A model generated the notes under the pieces. It saw nothing but the letters and a program-made list of their open reading frames with translations, searched no databases and had not been told where the DNA came from. This document shows positions 18,946-33,900 of a stretch of DNA of 64,000 bases, piece after piece. The stretch comes from an uncultured Bacteroidota bacterium (GTDB lineage: Bacteria; Bacteroidota; Bacteroidia; Bacteroidales; M50B96), in contig CALGAK010000088.1 of assembly GCA_937954085.1 (NCBI GenBank), positions 2,448 to 66,447 on the forward strand. Direction: 5' to 3'. The position numbers and the translations under genes are program-made. Position 1 is the stretch's first letter, and every line of letters begins with the position of its first letter.

Positions 18946-21900
18946 ATGAAAAAGTACTACATCTTTTTGTCACTTTTATTTTTGACTAGCTATTTGGCTT
19001 TTTCGCAGCAAGTCTTGCTCGACGAAGATTTCAATAGCTCCAATAATCTTCCTACAGGTTGGAGTACTGGTGTGCCAACAGGCTATCAATCAGTATGGGA
19101 AGTCGGGGATAATTTAAGTTCCCAAAATTTTATCATTCCCGCGAATGACGGGAATTATGCCGTTTCAAACGACGACGCCTGTAATTGTGATATTCCTGGA
19201 GATACTCTTTATTCTCCAATCATCGATTTTACTGGTTTAGACAATATCACTCTCAGTTTCTCTAGCTATTTACCGAGTCCTTATGCTGCACTTAGCTTCC
19301 CGGATTCAAAGGGCTATATCTACATTTTTAATACCGTAGATAATACCTTTACGCTCGTTCAAGAGGTGACTATCAATGCTAGCTGGACAAACGTTTCCAT
19401 TAGCTTAGATAACTTTGTCTCAGGACAGCATCGTATCGCTTTTGTGCACTCAGATGATAATTCTCCAAATAGTTTGAGTGGTTGGGCTATCGATGATGTA
19501 TTAGTTACCGTGCCTTTCGCAAATGATTTGTCGGTTGAGAATATTCTGAGTCCAGTAAGTTCTTGTTCGCAGGCTAATGCCGACGTTCAAGTCGAACTTA
19601 AAAATAATGGTTCAACAACGATTACGGATTTCACTATCAGCTATCAAGTTGGAAGTGATGCTCCTATAACAATGCCAGTTTCAGGTGTCTCAATCCCTTT
19701 TAATGGAACTTATGTGTATACTTTCGCTAACCAAGTTAGCTTAAGTGCCGGTTCTACTCATGAGATTACCGCGAGTATCGACTATACTAACGATATGGAT
19801 CTGACCAATAACTCACTTACTGAGTTTATAATGGTTTCAGAGACTATTGTAATTAATGAAATAGAAGATTTTAATAATAACTTATCTTATACCTGGAGTC
19901 TTAATTCTGAATCAAAAGCCAATTCTAGTTTTGATAATGGCCAAGTTCTAATGCAAGGAACCGGAGCAAGTGGCTGGGTTACTAGCGGTGGTGTTACTTC
20001 CTCGAGCAACGCATGGAATGATAACCTCGATTATCAATCATCGCTGATTTTGACCTGTAACAACAATCAAGTTCCTGCTGTAAATAGCGGTCTTGAATTG
20101 TCATTCGATTTACGCCAGGAAGGTTTCAATGTGTCTACGAACAGTTGGTTTGCCGTTTTTGTGAATGGAAGCCAAGTTGCCGATGTAGAGGGCAATCTTT
20201 CTTTTAACCCAGCAAGTACGACTAGCGATGCATTCGCAACCAAAACGTATAACCTTTCAGCATATAAGAATACTGCTTTTACTGTTGAATTATATGCTTC
20301 TACCTATCGAAGCGGCGATAAAGTATTTATCGATAATTTGGTCATTCGTAATCGTAATGAAAGGGATGCTGGAATTATCTCTATTGTCAGCCCGACTTCC
20401 GATTGTGGTTTAGCCAATATCGGTGACCTTGCTGTAGTTATTAAAAACTACGGATTAGAGAGCATCTCTAATGTCCCTGTATATTTTACAATTAATGGAG
20501 GAAGTCCTGTTTTGGCAGGTACTTATGGACCATCGATTCCTGCAGGCGGACAAACAGGAACCGTTACCTTTTCTAATCAAAGTTTCTCCGGATTCGAAAA
20601 TCAAGGAGTCTATGAACTTTATGTTTATACAGAGTTAGAAGGCGACATCCTATTCACGGGCAATGATGGGGCTACTGTTTCAATCGTTAGTCAGCCTTTA
20701 ATTACTGTTTTCCCCTATGAAGAAGATTTTGAAGGTGATATTATTTGGGCTTCGGAAGGCGTGAATTCCAGTTGGGAAGTTGGTGTACCTGCTGGTAATA
20801 CAATTCAACCAACTCAAGCTAACTCAAAAGCTCTGATAACAAATGCAAGCGGAAACTATAACAACAACGAATATTCGTTTGGTGTTAGTCCTTGTTTCGA
20901 TTTTAGTTTGCTGGTTGATCCTTTTGTTGAGTTTTCGATATGGTATGAGACCGATCCTGGAATGGATGGAGCAATGCTACAGTATACATTGGACAATGGA
21001 ACCACGTGGTTACCATTAGGAATTATCCCTGATCCATCAACAGGTAATCCAGATAACTGGTATCCACTTGAAGTCGCCCAGTTTAGTAATCTTGGTGGCT
21101 GGACAGAAGCTTCTGGAGCTTGGTTGACTGCCCGACATGATTTAAGTGCACTTGCAGGTGAAAGTAGCGTTAAGTTTCGCTTTGTTTTTGCTTCAGATGC
21201 TGATAACACTGTCGGCGTAACTGAAGTGGACTATGAAGGCGTTGCAATTGACAACTTGTTTATTGGAGAGGCTCAAGCGGATATCGATTTAAAACTGAAC
21301 GGCTTTGTTACTCCCGTTAGTGATGTTAACTTAACGGCTACTGAGCTAGTAAGTGTAGAAGTACAAAATATGGGTATTCTTGAGGTAAATCAATTTTCCT
21401 TAAGTTACTCTATCAATGGAGGAGCTGCTGTTACAGAGATTTTTACTCAAACGATACTTCCCGGTGAAACCGTAGTAATTAATTTTACTCAAACAGCTGA
21501 TGTTTCCGCAATTGGCAGTTACACTTTATCGGCAAGCGTCGCAGCTGCCAATGATGGTAACCCAACTAATAATACGATTGAAACTACTTTGTTAAACATT
21601 TTAGTCGTTACCAATTATCCCTACATCGAAAGCTTTGAAGGTGTTAACCATTTTTGGATGAGCGGTGGTATGAATAGTAGCTGGCAATTAACTGTTCCCA
21701 ATGGAACAGCTATCACCGGCGATCCTCTTACCAACCCTGCTACCGATAATGTTTGGGTTACCAACTTAAACGGTGGAGGTTACTTTAATTCTGAAGATAG
21801 TTATGTTCAAAGTCCTGAGTTTGACTTTAGCTCATTGATACAACCGGCAGTAAAGCTTAGAATCAGCTATAAGACTGAAACTGATGTTGACGGAGCTGGT

Positions 21901-24900
21901 TTATATGCTTCAACCGATGGAGGAAATAACTTCTCTATGGTAGGAACAATTGGTACACCGCCTAATATTCTGAATTGGTATGATAATACCGTCATCGCTG
22001 CAAACAATCAATTTGGTTGGACTGGACAAAAATCTTGGGTTCAGGCTATTCAAGATTTGAGCAACTTAAGTGGCGAATCAAGTGTTATTTTCAGGGTTGT
22101 GTTTAACTCTGATGTTGTTACCAATGATGAAGGTTTTGCATTCGATGACTTTGAAGTTTTTGAAAATGCACCTAGAGATTTAGAACTATTGTCGTGGGAT
22201 TCCCAAATGGATAATTGTGGTCTGGGTAATGCAGAAGAAGTTATAGTCTCCATTAAGAATAATGGATTATTTACTGAAACTGATTTTACCGTTTCCTACA
22301 CAATCGATTTAAATGGTGTTGTGCAAACTGCAACAGAACAAGTTAGTGGTGTAAGTGTAGCTCCAGGATCTACCTTTGTCTATACGTTTACTACCACAGC
22401 TGATTTGAGTCTTCCTGGCAATTATGTTGTTTCAGCGTCTGTCGTTATTGATAATGCTACGGATGTCAATACTGTCAATAATTCATGGAATGGACAGTTT
22501 ATCGGGTATGATCTGATTGATACCTTCCCTTATACAGCTGGTTTTGAAACAGGTTCAGAAGGATGGCTTTCAGGTGGTGTCAATAACACCTTTGAGGTTG
22601 GAACACCCGATGCTGGAAATACATATATTAATACTGCTGCAACTGGTCAAAATGCATGGGTTACTAATTTAGATGGTGATCATGCCGTGTCTGAAGAATC
22701 TTACGTTGAGAGTCAATGTTTTGATCTTTCAGGAATTTTAGTTCCCGCGATTTCTTTTGATTACTTTGTTCATACAGAAGTTAATTCTGCTAGTTATGCA
22801 TGGGACGGAGCTCGTTTAGAGTACACCCTTGATGGAGGAGGAACTTGGAGTCCTATTGGTGCATACACTGCCGATGCCTCTTGGTACACTTATCCACAGG
22901 TACAGCGATTAGGAAATAATCCGGGCTGGGCTGGTTTATCTAACAGCTGGACTTCTGTTTCTTATCAATTAACCGATTTACAAGGAGAGACAAGTGTGCG
23001 TTTCCGCTTTGTTTTTAAAGCTGACCAAGGAAACACTACCGGATATGAAGGTTTCGCTTTTGATAATGTACGCATCTTTAACGATGTTCCTTACGACTTT
23101 GGAGTAAGTGCGATTGGAACTACATCTGCTTGTGCCGAGTCGCTGGATAACGAGGTGGTAGTAACCATCACTAATTATTCGCAAGATTACACCCATCCTG
23201 TTGGGGCTACTATTGATTTAGCCTATGAATTTAACGGGGGTGCTGCAGTTCAGGAACAGTTAGTTCTTGTTGCTGATTTACTCCCAGGAGGAACCGTTCA
23301 GTACACCTTCACAACTACATTTGATGCACCCGTAGCTGGTACCTACAGCATGGTCGCTTATACGAATGTCTCTGGCGACGGTGATGCCGCAAATGATGGA
23401 ACGACAGAGGATATTGAAATTTTTGCTCTACCTGCCCTTACTCCTGATATAAGCAACGTAATTTGCAACGGAGAAAATAACGGAAGCATTTCTTTCAATA
23501 CTACTGCCGATTATAGTTTTGTTTGGGATAACGCCTCCACAGGGATGACCTTAGGTGACTTAGTTGCCGGTGACTATTTTGTTAGCATCACCGATAATGT
23601 AACTGGCTGTGTATACACCAGTGATGCAATTACAGTAACTGAACCTGCGGTTTTGGATGTTGCTGCAAGTGTTGTTAACCCCGATTGTAGCGATTTGAAT
23701 TCGGGCTCAATTACATTAACTGTTTCAGGCGGAATAGCTCCTTATACTTATACTTGGAGCAACCTTGAAACCACTTCAGATTTAACAGGAATTGCTACAG
23801 GTAATTATGCTGTTACGGTAGTTGATGTAAATCTTTGCGAGGCAGAAGCATCCGTCTTTGTGAACGGTCCTTTTGAGCTCCCATATTCACAGGATTTTGA
23901 AGGGTTAGATTTACCTTTAGCTTGGTCACTACAACAAGCTGCTAATTCAATAGGTTGGGAGTTCGGTACAGATATTAACAGTACGCTATTCCCATTCTTT
24001 ATTATTCCAAGTCACTCTGGTTATGCTGCCTCGAATGACGACAAGAATGATGATTTTTCAGGAACGCTTAATGACGCTTCTGAAGATTTATTATTGACTC
24101 CTGTCTTTAATCTTGAAGGATACACTTCTGTGAGTCTTCAATTCGATGCCTACTTCAATGGGTTTATGGATGAAGCAAGTGTCATTTTATATCATGGAGT
24201 CAATCAAACCGTGATCCATACAATGACTGCCTCTAGCCAATGGCAGGATGGTATCATCGTAAACCTCGATGCCTATGCAGGTATGTGTGGAGTGCAAATT
24301 GGATTCTTGTATAACGACGGTGGCGAGTGGGCAACCGGTTTTGCAATTGACAATTTCCAAATTAGCGGTGTTGAGCAATATGATTACGATTTAGCAATCG
24401 GGTCTATTTTAAGTCCGATTACTGAATCCTGTGGTTTCTCAGTTAATGAAGACATGACCGTTGAAGTGGTTAATGTTGGTTTATTGGAGGCTACCGGAGC
24501 AAGTATTAGCTATTCGATTAATGGAGGTTCGGTTGTTACTGAGAATTTACCAAGCATTTTAGCTGGGGAAACACTATCGTTTACTTTCGCTCAAACGGCT
24601 GATCTTTCTGTAACTGGTACTTACACCATAGACTTCACGATTAATTATGCAGCTGATTTAAATCTTGCCAATAATCAATCGGATATCGTTATCAATAGTT
24701 TACAAGCGATTGAATCCATTCCTTATGAGCAAGATTTTACCGCTTTAGTTCCTGAGTTTATAGGAGAAGCTGGCTCAGAAGCATCTCTAGTGATTAGCTC
24801 TGGTGAATTAGTATTTGCTGGAGGTAATCCTTTATCTGGATGGACCGGTGGATCCAATGCTACCGCCTTAAATGCGTTTAATGATAATGTTAGCCATATT

Positions 24901-27900
24901 TCAAGCTTTAGTACTGTTTGTAGCATTAATGCCAATGCAGCTGCTACTCTTGAATTATTGTTCGATTTAAAGCAAGTTGCCACCAGTTCAGCTAATGATA
25001 GTTGGTTTAGAGTGTTAGTAAATGGAACAGTGGTTGCTGGGCCTTTTAATGCATCTCAGACTAATGGTGCTTATGCTTCACAAGTTGTTGACCTCGATGC
25101 TTATGCTGGATCTTCCTTCTCGCTAAGTTTTGAAGCTTCAAACAGAAGTGTAAATGACCAGGTATTGCTTGATAATCTGATTTTACGTGAAAAAACTGCT
25201 AATATCGCTTTAACAGCTGTCAATTTATCGCAACCAACTTGTACTTACAGTGATAATGAGACAATCGAAGTGGTCTACACCAATACTGGTTCCTTAACCA
25301 TCAATGAGTTTGAACTTAGCTTGTATGTAAATAATGTTCTATTCGGAACGCAGACAATCAGTTCTTCTCTTGCTGCAGGCGTAACCGCGAGCTTTGACTT
25401 TGTTGGAGTAGATTTATCTGTTCCTGGAAATTATGCAATTTCCGCTATTGCCACTTTGGCAAACGAGTCGGATCTAAGCAACAATTCGCTTGAAGTAACT
25501 GCGCAAAGTGTACCTGTATACGATGTCTACCCATTTGCAGAAACTGCCGGCAACTTCGCAGACTTCTGGTCATCTTATGGCGACAACAGTTCTTGGGTTT
25601 ATTCAGGGAACTGGCAAACGGGATTAGTGGAATACAATAATGAAGAGAATAGTTATTTGCAATCTCCTTGTTTTGATTTTAGTTCATTGGATAATCCGAT
25701 AGTTATTCTGAACTTAAATTATTTGACTGAGAATAATGTTGATTATATATCGGTTGAATATAGTGTGGATGGAATCAATTGGACAACTTTGGGTGCTCAA
25801 GGTCAAGGCAATAATTGGTATAACTCTGCTAATGGATGGACTGGTTCCTCGAACGGAGCTATCGATGCTAGTATCGTAACAAACCTTGGAGGATTATCCA
25901 GCGTTAAGTTCCGCTTCCACTTAGCTTCAGACTTTAGCGGCTCATTTACAGGTGTTAGCTTAAACAGCTTTGAGGTAATTGATTCCCAGGATTTTGGGGT
26001 AGTGTCTATTGCTCCTGTAGAAATATGTAGTAATTCGGACTTCCAGATTGAGGCTAACCTTATTAATGCTGGTAGTTCCTTGATTCCTGCTGGAACGAAC
26101 GTTGAGCTTACTTATCAGTTTGGTTCTAGCAGTGTTACTGAAAGCTTCCTACTTTCTACTGATTTAGCCTCAGGTGCTAGTATAGACTATATGTTCGCTA
26201 CTGTAGAGAACATCGAAGTAGTTAGCAACTATCCATTTGAGTTGGTTGTCAGTTCTCCAAATGATCTCAACTTAGTGAATAATACCTACCAAGGTACGTT
26301 GAATATTATTCCTGGACCGGTCATTGGAACTACAACCAATATTGCCATTTGCGAAGGCGGATCGGTCACTTTAACTGCTACTGGCGGAACGACTGAATGG
26401 TCGGGTGGTGTCTTTAACAATGTACCTTTCTTCCCTGTAACAACAAGTGATTATACGGTTACTGTTACCGCAGCAAATGGATGTCAGGCCACTTCCACAA
26501 CAACGGTTGTTGTAAATCCATTACCTGAAGCTAATGCTGGTGAGGACCAATTCGTTTGCGAAGGTGAACTAACAACTCTTACCGCTGCTGGCGGAACGAC
26601 TTACCAATGGATTGGTCTTGGAAATACGGCTAGTATTGAAGTTATAGTCGATGAGACAGAAACCTATACCGTTCTTGTTACCGATGCTAATGGTTGTTCT
26701 GATTTTGCCACCGTCACGGTGAATAGTTTAGACTTACCAATTGGTTCTGTTACCGCTGATCTCACAATTTGTAACGACCAGTCAGCTACTTTAACTGCAA
26801 TTGGTGGCGATACCTATTCTTGGAGTACAGGTGCAACTGATAGCTCTATTGAGGTTAGTCCGCTCGCAACTCAAAACTACGATGTAACCATCACAAATTT
26901 AGACGGTTGTTCTGTAGTAGAAGAAGTTGAAGTGACGGTTAATAATCGTCCTGTTGTGACTAATGCGATTGTTACACCGAATTATTGCTTCGAAGGAAGT
27001 GCTGGTAGCATTGAGTTAACTGTAGATGGAATGGCTCCTATACAATATGAATGGTCCAACAGTCTTGGAACTGCCAATTCTGTTGATAACCTTCCTGCTG
27101 GAACATACTCCGTTACAATTCAAGATGCTTTAGGAAGTTTGTGTCCTTCGGTTTACGAATATACTATTACTGAGCCTGCTGGGCCTATGGTAGCTACCAT
27201 TGTTGATGTGGCGAATCATGTGGGTTATAGCATAAGCTGTAATGGAGCCAATGATGGTAGTTTACTCGCTGTTGTTACCGCTGGAAACTCCCCATTTGTG
27301 TATAACTGGTCGAACGGTGTGACCACCTCAGCTAATCAAAATTTGGCCCCTGGTGTTTATACTTTGACCGTTACCGATGTTAATTCTTGTGTTGCAACGG
27401 CTGAATACACCGTTACAGAACCTGCTGTGTTAAGTGTTATTGAGACGATTAGTGATGTTACTTGTAATGGAGCTAATGATGGAGAGATTGAGTTGTCTGT
27501 TACCGGAGGAACTCAACCCTATAACTTCAATTGGACCACTCTGTCGATGAATAGTTCTAATCCTGTTCTGGATCAAATTGGTGGTGGTACCTATGAATTG
27601 GTTCTCACGGACGCCAATGGTTGTAGTATTACCCAAAGCTACTCAGTTGCTGAACCAGATCCATTAACGGTTACCAACGTTGTTTTAAGTGATTATAATG
27701 GATATCAAGTTAGTTGTCCATTAGCTACCGATGGTAGTATCAATCTGACGGCACAAGGAGGAAATGGTTCCTATGTCTATAATTGGAGCAACGGAGCAAC
27801 AACCTCTTCTATCGATGGATTAGGTGCTGGAACGTATACGTTAACTTTAAGCGATGCTGTAGGTTGTGAGTTTGTTCAAAGTTTCACCTTAGCTCAGCCA

Positions 27901-30900
27901 TTCCCAATTAGTACCTCTATTTCTTCGACCAATGTTAGTTGTTTCGGAGGGGACAATGGAGCAATCAACCTCAATGTTTCTTTCGGAGGTGTTCCTCCAT
28001 TCACTTTTGAGTGGTCCAATGGGGCAACTACTGAAGACATTAGTGGTTTAACTGCTGGAGTTTATACTGTAACAATTTCCGATCAAAATAACTGTGGAAT
28101 TGAAGTTAGTCGAACCGTAAATCAACCGGCTGAGCTTATTGCTACTGCATTTGTTAGTAGTGATTACAATGGCTCCGATGTAACTTGTCCAGGTGCAACT
28201 GATGGGTCTGTATCTGTTTCAGTAGTTGGTGGAGTTCAACCATATACCTATAATTGGGATGTTGAGGTTGGTAGTACTAATCAGACCTTAAATGATTTGG
28301 CTGCTGGAACTTATGACCTTACTGTTACCGATGCGAATGGATGTACAAGTGAATCATCCGTTACAATTGTTGATCCTGAGCAGCTATCTGCTAGTGTTAC
28401 TGTATTGTCGAACTATGGCTTGACAAATACTAATGTTACCTGTTTTGGTGGCAATGATGGTAGTGCTGAAGTAATCACTTCGGGAGGATCAGGTACCTTA
28501 GTCTATAACTGGAGTAACTCTGCATCAGGAACTTCTTTGGTAAATGATTTGACGGCTGGAGTCCAAACAATAATCGTGACCGATGGTAACGGTTGTTCCG
28601 TTGAAGTTGAATTTGAGCTTACTCAGCCAGAGCAACTTGTTTTATCTGCCGGTGTTGAACAGGAAGTCTCCTGTACTAATGCCGATGATGGAGCTGTGGG
28701 TGTAATCGCCAATGGTGGGGTTGGTAGTTATGTATACTCTTGGAGTACAGGAGCTACTACCGCGAGTATTGCTAATCTTTCTGCAGGTACTTACGAAGTT
28801 ACAGTTCAAGATGGAAATGGTTGTATTGCTATTGAATCGGTTGTATTAAACAATCCAATTCCTGTATCAGTGAATTTGGTAGCGACTTCCAATTATAATG
28901 GGTTCAACGTTTCTTGTAATGGGGGAGCCGATGGTACCGCTAATGCAATTGCCGCTGGTGGAACTGGTGTTTATACCTATGCTTGGTCTGTTCCTAGCTT
29001 AGAGGGAGCCACAGTAGGTAACTTGTCTGCTATTGCATATAGTGTTACAGCGACCGATGAAAACGGATGTAGCGCAAATGACTTTATCGTACTTACACAA
29101 CCAGCAGCCTTAGAGGCTACAAGTACCCTGTCAGATTTCAATGGATTTAACATCGATTGTAACGGAAATGCCACCGGAAGTATTTCGGTTGCAATTACTG
29201 GAGGATACGGTGCATACACTTATAGCTGGAGTGATGGTTCAACCAACACTTTAGTTGAGAATCTTTCTGCTGGTAGTTATGAGCTTACCGTAACCGACGA
29301 AAATGGTTGCGAGCTTGTATTACCGTATACTTTAACCGAACCAGGAGTACTCGCTTTATCATTTACTACCAGCGACTATAACGGATATGATGTAAGTTGT
29401 AACGGTGGAAGTGATGGAGAAATTAGCGTTGAGGTAACCGAAGGTGTTTTACCATACATCTACAGTTGGAGTAATGGAGCAACCGATGCTTCCCTAAGTT
29501 CGCTTGAAGCTGGTTCTTATGAAGTTACTGTTACCGATGCAAATGGTTGCGAACTTGTTTCTGCAATTGTGTTAGAAGCTGCTCCCGCCCTAGCTATTGA
29601 TGCAATCGTAATTAATTCCGACTATAATGGTTTTGATGTTTCATGTAACGAAGCCTCTGATGGATCCGCAACTGTATCAATGAGTGTAGGTATTGAACCT
29701 TATACTTATATGTGGAGTAGTGGAGAGACTTCAGCGACTGCAACCTTGTTAACTGGAGGAATGAATTATGTGACAGTTACCGACGCGAACGATTGTTCTA
29801 TTGTTGGCGAAATTGAATTAACTGCTCCTTCTGTATTCCTGGTGGATGTGGCCGTAATTAGCGATTACAATGGCAACGATGTAACCTGTACCGGTAATAT
29901 GGATGCTATTGTTAAGGCTACTCCAGTAACAGGATTTGGTCCATATACGTATGCTTGGTCCACCGGTGCTACTACCGATGCTGTTGGTGGATTAGGAGCT
30001 GGAGTATACACGGTTACTGTAACTGATGCTAATGGTTGTGTTTACGAGTCTTCCGTAGAAGTTATGGATGCCGAACCAATTAGCTATACTTACGATATGA
30101 CTCAAGTTAGCTGTAATGGATTCAATAATGGTTCTATCGACGTCACTGTGTCTGGAGGTACTGGAACGTATATGTATTTCTGGAACCATGCTGAGAATAC
30201 CGAAGATGTTGATAATTTGATGCCTGGCGTTTACTATTTCCTTGCGATTGATGAAAACTGGTGTCACGTTGTTTCTGAGTTGTTCTACATTGAAGAGCCT
30301 GCTGAACTTACTGTTTCTGCTGAAGTAACCAGCGATTATAGTGGCTTTGGTGTTAGCTGTTTCAATACAACCGACGGTGCTATTTCATCTATGACAACGG
30401 GAGGTACTGAACCTTATGCTTATATGTGGAGTAATGGGGAGTCAACTGCAGATCTCACCAATGTTGGAGGTGGAACTTACACGCTTACCGTTACCGATGC
30501 TAATAACTGTGTCGTTACAACGGAGGTAGTTGTTTCTTCACCTGCGGAATTTGCTGCGAACATTACCTTATCCGATTTTAATGGATTTGGAGTTTCTTGT
30601 AATGGATCGACCGATGGTTCGATTTCTATTATTCCTGTTGATGGTGTTGCTCCAGTTAGCTTCACTTGGTCTGATGGAAGTACTTCAGATAATCTGACTG
30701 GTTTAACGGCAGGTGTTTACTATGTTACATTGACCGACTTTAATGGTTGTGCTATCAACTATGAACTAGAAATTACCGAGCCTACTAATTTGGAAGCTAG
30801 CTTCTCTGTAACTTCCGATTACAACGGATACGATGTCAGTTGCTTTAATACCGCCGATGGTAATGTAACAGCAATCCTTAACGGAGGAGTGACACCATAT

Positions 30901-33900
30901 ACATACTTGTGGGCCAATGGTGAAACCACAGCCAGCATTATGAACGGTGTAGCAGGTGACAACATGCTTACCGTGACCGACGCCAATGGATGTACCTTAG
31001 AGACAGTTGTGAATTTAGATTCACCATCGGAAATTGTTCTTGCGATTACAGAAGGTTCTTCTATTACTTGTAATGGTGCTGCCAATGGTCAATTAGTGGC
31101 CGATGTAACTGGTGGTATGGGTAACTATGTTTATCTGTGGAGTAATGGAGAGGTAACACCTAGTATCTCGAACTTGGCTGAAGGAACTTATTCCTTAACT
31201 GTGACTGACGGTACCGGCTGTATGGTAGTAAGTGAGTATGATTTTGTCGCTCCTGAACTATTAACTGTTACCGTTGACGTACAAAATCCTGCTTGTAATG
31301 GACAAACCGATGGTTTTGCTACTGCGATTGTTAGTGGTGGAGTTGAGCCTTATTCTTATTACTGGAGTAATGGAGCTACAACTGCCTCTATTACTGACTT
31401 AGGACCTGGAATCTATTACTTGTTCGTTCTTGATGCCAATAATTGTGCATCTACCTTTGTGCCATTTGAGATTATTAATCCTGCAGCATTTGATGTTAAC
31501 TTAGTCGTTACTCAAGCTAATGTTTGCGGCGATGAATCGAATGGAGCTATTGAATTGAATCTTATTGGACTCAATGGAACTCATAGCACTTTATGGTCGA
31601 ATGGTGAGACCACTGATAATATTAGTGGTTTGGGTAATGGCAGCTACACAGTTACTGTGTCGAATGCTACCGGATGTGAAATTGTACAAACAGCCACCAT
31701 CAATTCAGATTCTCATTTGGAGTTGGATTATGTTGTAAGCGATAACCTTTGCGCTGGTTCTACTAATGGTTCAATTGGTTTGATGGTTACCGGAGGATCG
31801 GGTAATTTAAGTTATGCTTGGTCTAATGGAGCTACCAGCGATTATGTTGATATGTTGGCAAGTGGTAATTACAGTGTTACTGTAACAGACGCTTTATCTT
31901 GCACTATCGTTGAGGAAATCCTTGTCGAGGAGCCAGCAGCGATAGTTGTAAGCTCTACTGTTTCGATGGTTAGCTGTAATGGTTTAGCCGATGGATCGGT
32001 TATGGTATCCTTAAGCGGTGGTATTGCTCCATATAACTATACTTGGAGTAATGGTGCGACTAGCTTGGATAATACCGGTTTATTAGCCGGAAACTATGAG
32101 TTTAGCTACACTGATGCTAATGGATGCGAAGGAGTTGAAAGCTTTGTTGTAGCTGAACCTGCCGTGCTTGCGCTTGATCTTGCTGGTATAGATGAAGGTT
32201 GTGCTGATGGCGCGTTGGGCAGTGTAACTGCTATGATTTCTGGAGGAACTGAACCTTACACTTACACCTGGAGTAATGGAGGAACAGATAGTTTCATTAC
32301 TGAACTTACCGCAGGTACTTACACCTTAACGGTTGTAGATGCTAGTAACTGTTCTGTCGAAGCTTCAACTACGCTATCAACTGTTACTCCACTCGCAGTT
32401 TCTGCCCTTGTTAATCCTGTGTCCTGCAATGGACTTAGCGATGGAATGGTCGATGTAACTGTTACTGGAGGTAATGGAACTTACTACTACAATTGGGAAG
32501 GAAATAATCTAGGTGGAAGTTCCGTATTTAATTGGGATTACAGCATTACGGACAATAACCACACGGTTGTTATTCCTGCTAACGCCGCTATCTCCGTCAA
32601 TGGTGTTTCGATTGCAAATGGAGACTACATTGGAGCTTTCTACGATAACAATGGAGTACTCGAATGTGCCGGTTACACTGAATGGGCTGGTGCGGTTACA
32701 TCCGTAGCTGTTTGGGGTGACGATGGAGTTACCACCACTGTTAAGGATGGATTTGAATCCGGTGAGACAATGCAGTGGTTTATTTGGCAAGCAGCTACCG
32801 GTCAAACTTTTGCTGCTGAAGCTGAGTATGGTACCTTAAATGTTACCCATGCCGGAAACTGGGCCGCATTTGGTACATCTAGTATACTTGGCTTAAATGC
32901 ACTTGTTGCTGCTGATTTAGTGGATGTTGTTGCAGGAGAGTATTTCTTAACTGTTACAGATGAAAATGGTTGTTATACGAGTACTACTGTACAAGTATCA
33001 GAACCAGATGCTCTTATGCTCGAAAGCACTCTCGTAGATGCCACTTGTGAAGGCAATATGGATGCAAGCATCGCTATTCAAGTTAGCGGAGGTACAGCTC
33101 CCTATGTTTATAGCTGGAATAATGGATCAACTGATATGAACCAAACGGGACTTGCTGCTGGATTATATGACGTGGTTGTTACGGATGCCAATGGCTGTGA
33201 ATTAGCTCAAAGTTTTGAGTTGACTTACAATATCCTAACTCTGACAGCTGATATGGTTGAGCCAAGTGCTTTTGGAGAAGATGATGGATCTATTTCGGTT
33301 GTTGCTGATGGTGGAGTAGCTCCTTACAGCTACAGCTGGAGTAATGGTGCAACCAATGCAATGATTGAAGGTCTTGTAGCTGGAAACTATGAAGTTACAG
33401 TCGTCGACGCCAATCTGTGTCAGGTGATTGCCTTATACGAATTAGGTCAGCCTGCTCCTCCTTTGGTTGTTGATTATGTAATTACTCAGCCTACGGCTTG
33501 CTTAACTGATGGAATGATTGACTTGACTGTAAGTGGAGGAACTGGAGTTTATTCTTACGCTTGGAGTAATGGCGATCTTACTGAAGATCTGCTCAATGTT
33601 GGATCAGGTCTGTATACTGTTACCGTTAGTGATGCTAATGGATATGAGTTCATTCTCTCTGAACTAGAATTAATGGGCATCACCATGGATGTTGAGTTCA
33701 TTGTAAGTAACAATGTTTGCTTCGGAGGAAGTGAGGCATCGGTTACTGTTCTAGTGAACAATCAACTGCCAGCTTCATTTGAATGGGCTCATGGACCTGC
33801 TTCAGACTACATTTCAAACTTAGAAGCTGGAAATTACACAGTGACTATTACTGATACCTACGGTTGTACTGTAGTTGAGTCGGTAAGTGTAGTTGACCCA

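Noticed and set aside
20856-21209. 117-aa minus-strand ORF, together with many other 60-100 aa ORFs on the antisense strand or in alternative frames inside the giant genes (for example 11085, 12819, 14754, 16794, 17963, 22050, 24723, 29992, 32509, 58897, 61133, 63479).
   Set aside because: All lie wholly inside long, motif-rich ORFs in another frame or on the opposite strand. They have low-complexity, feature-free translations and are typical shadow ORFs.
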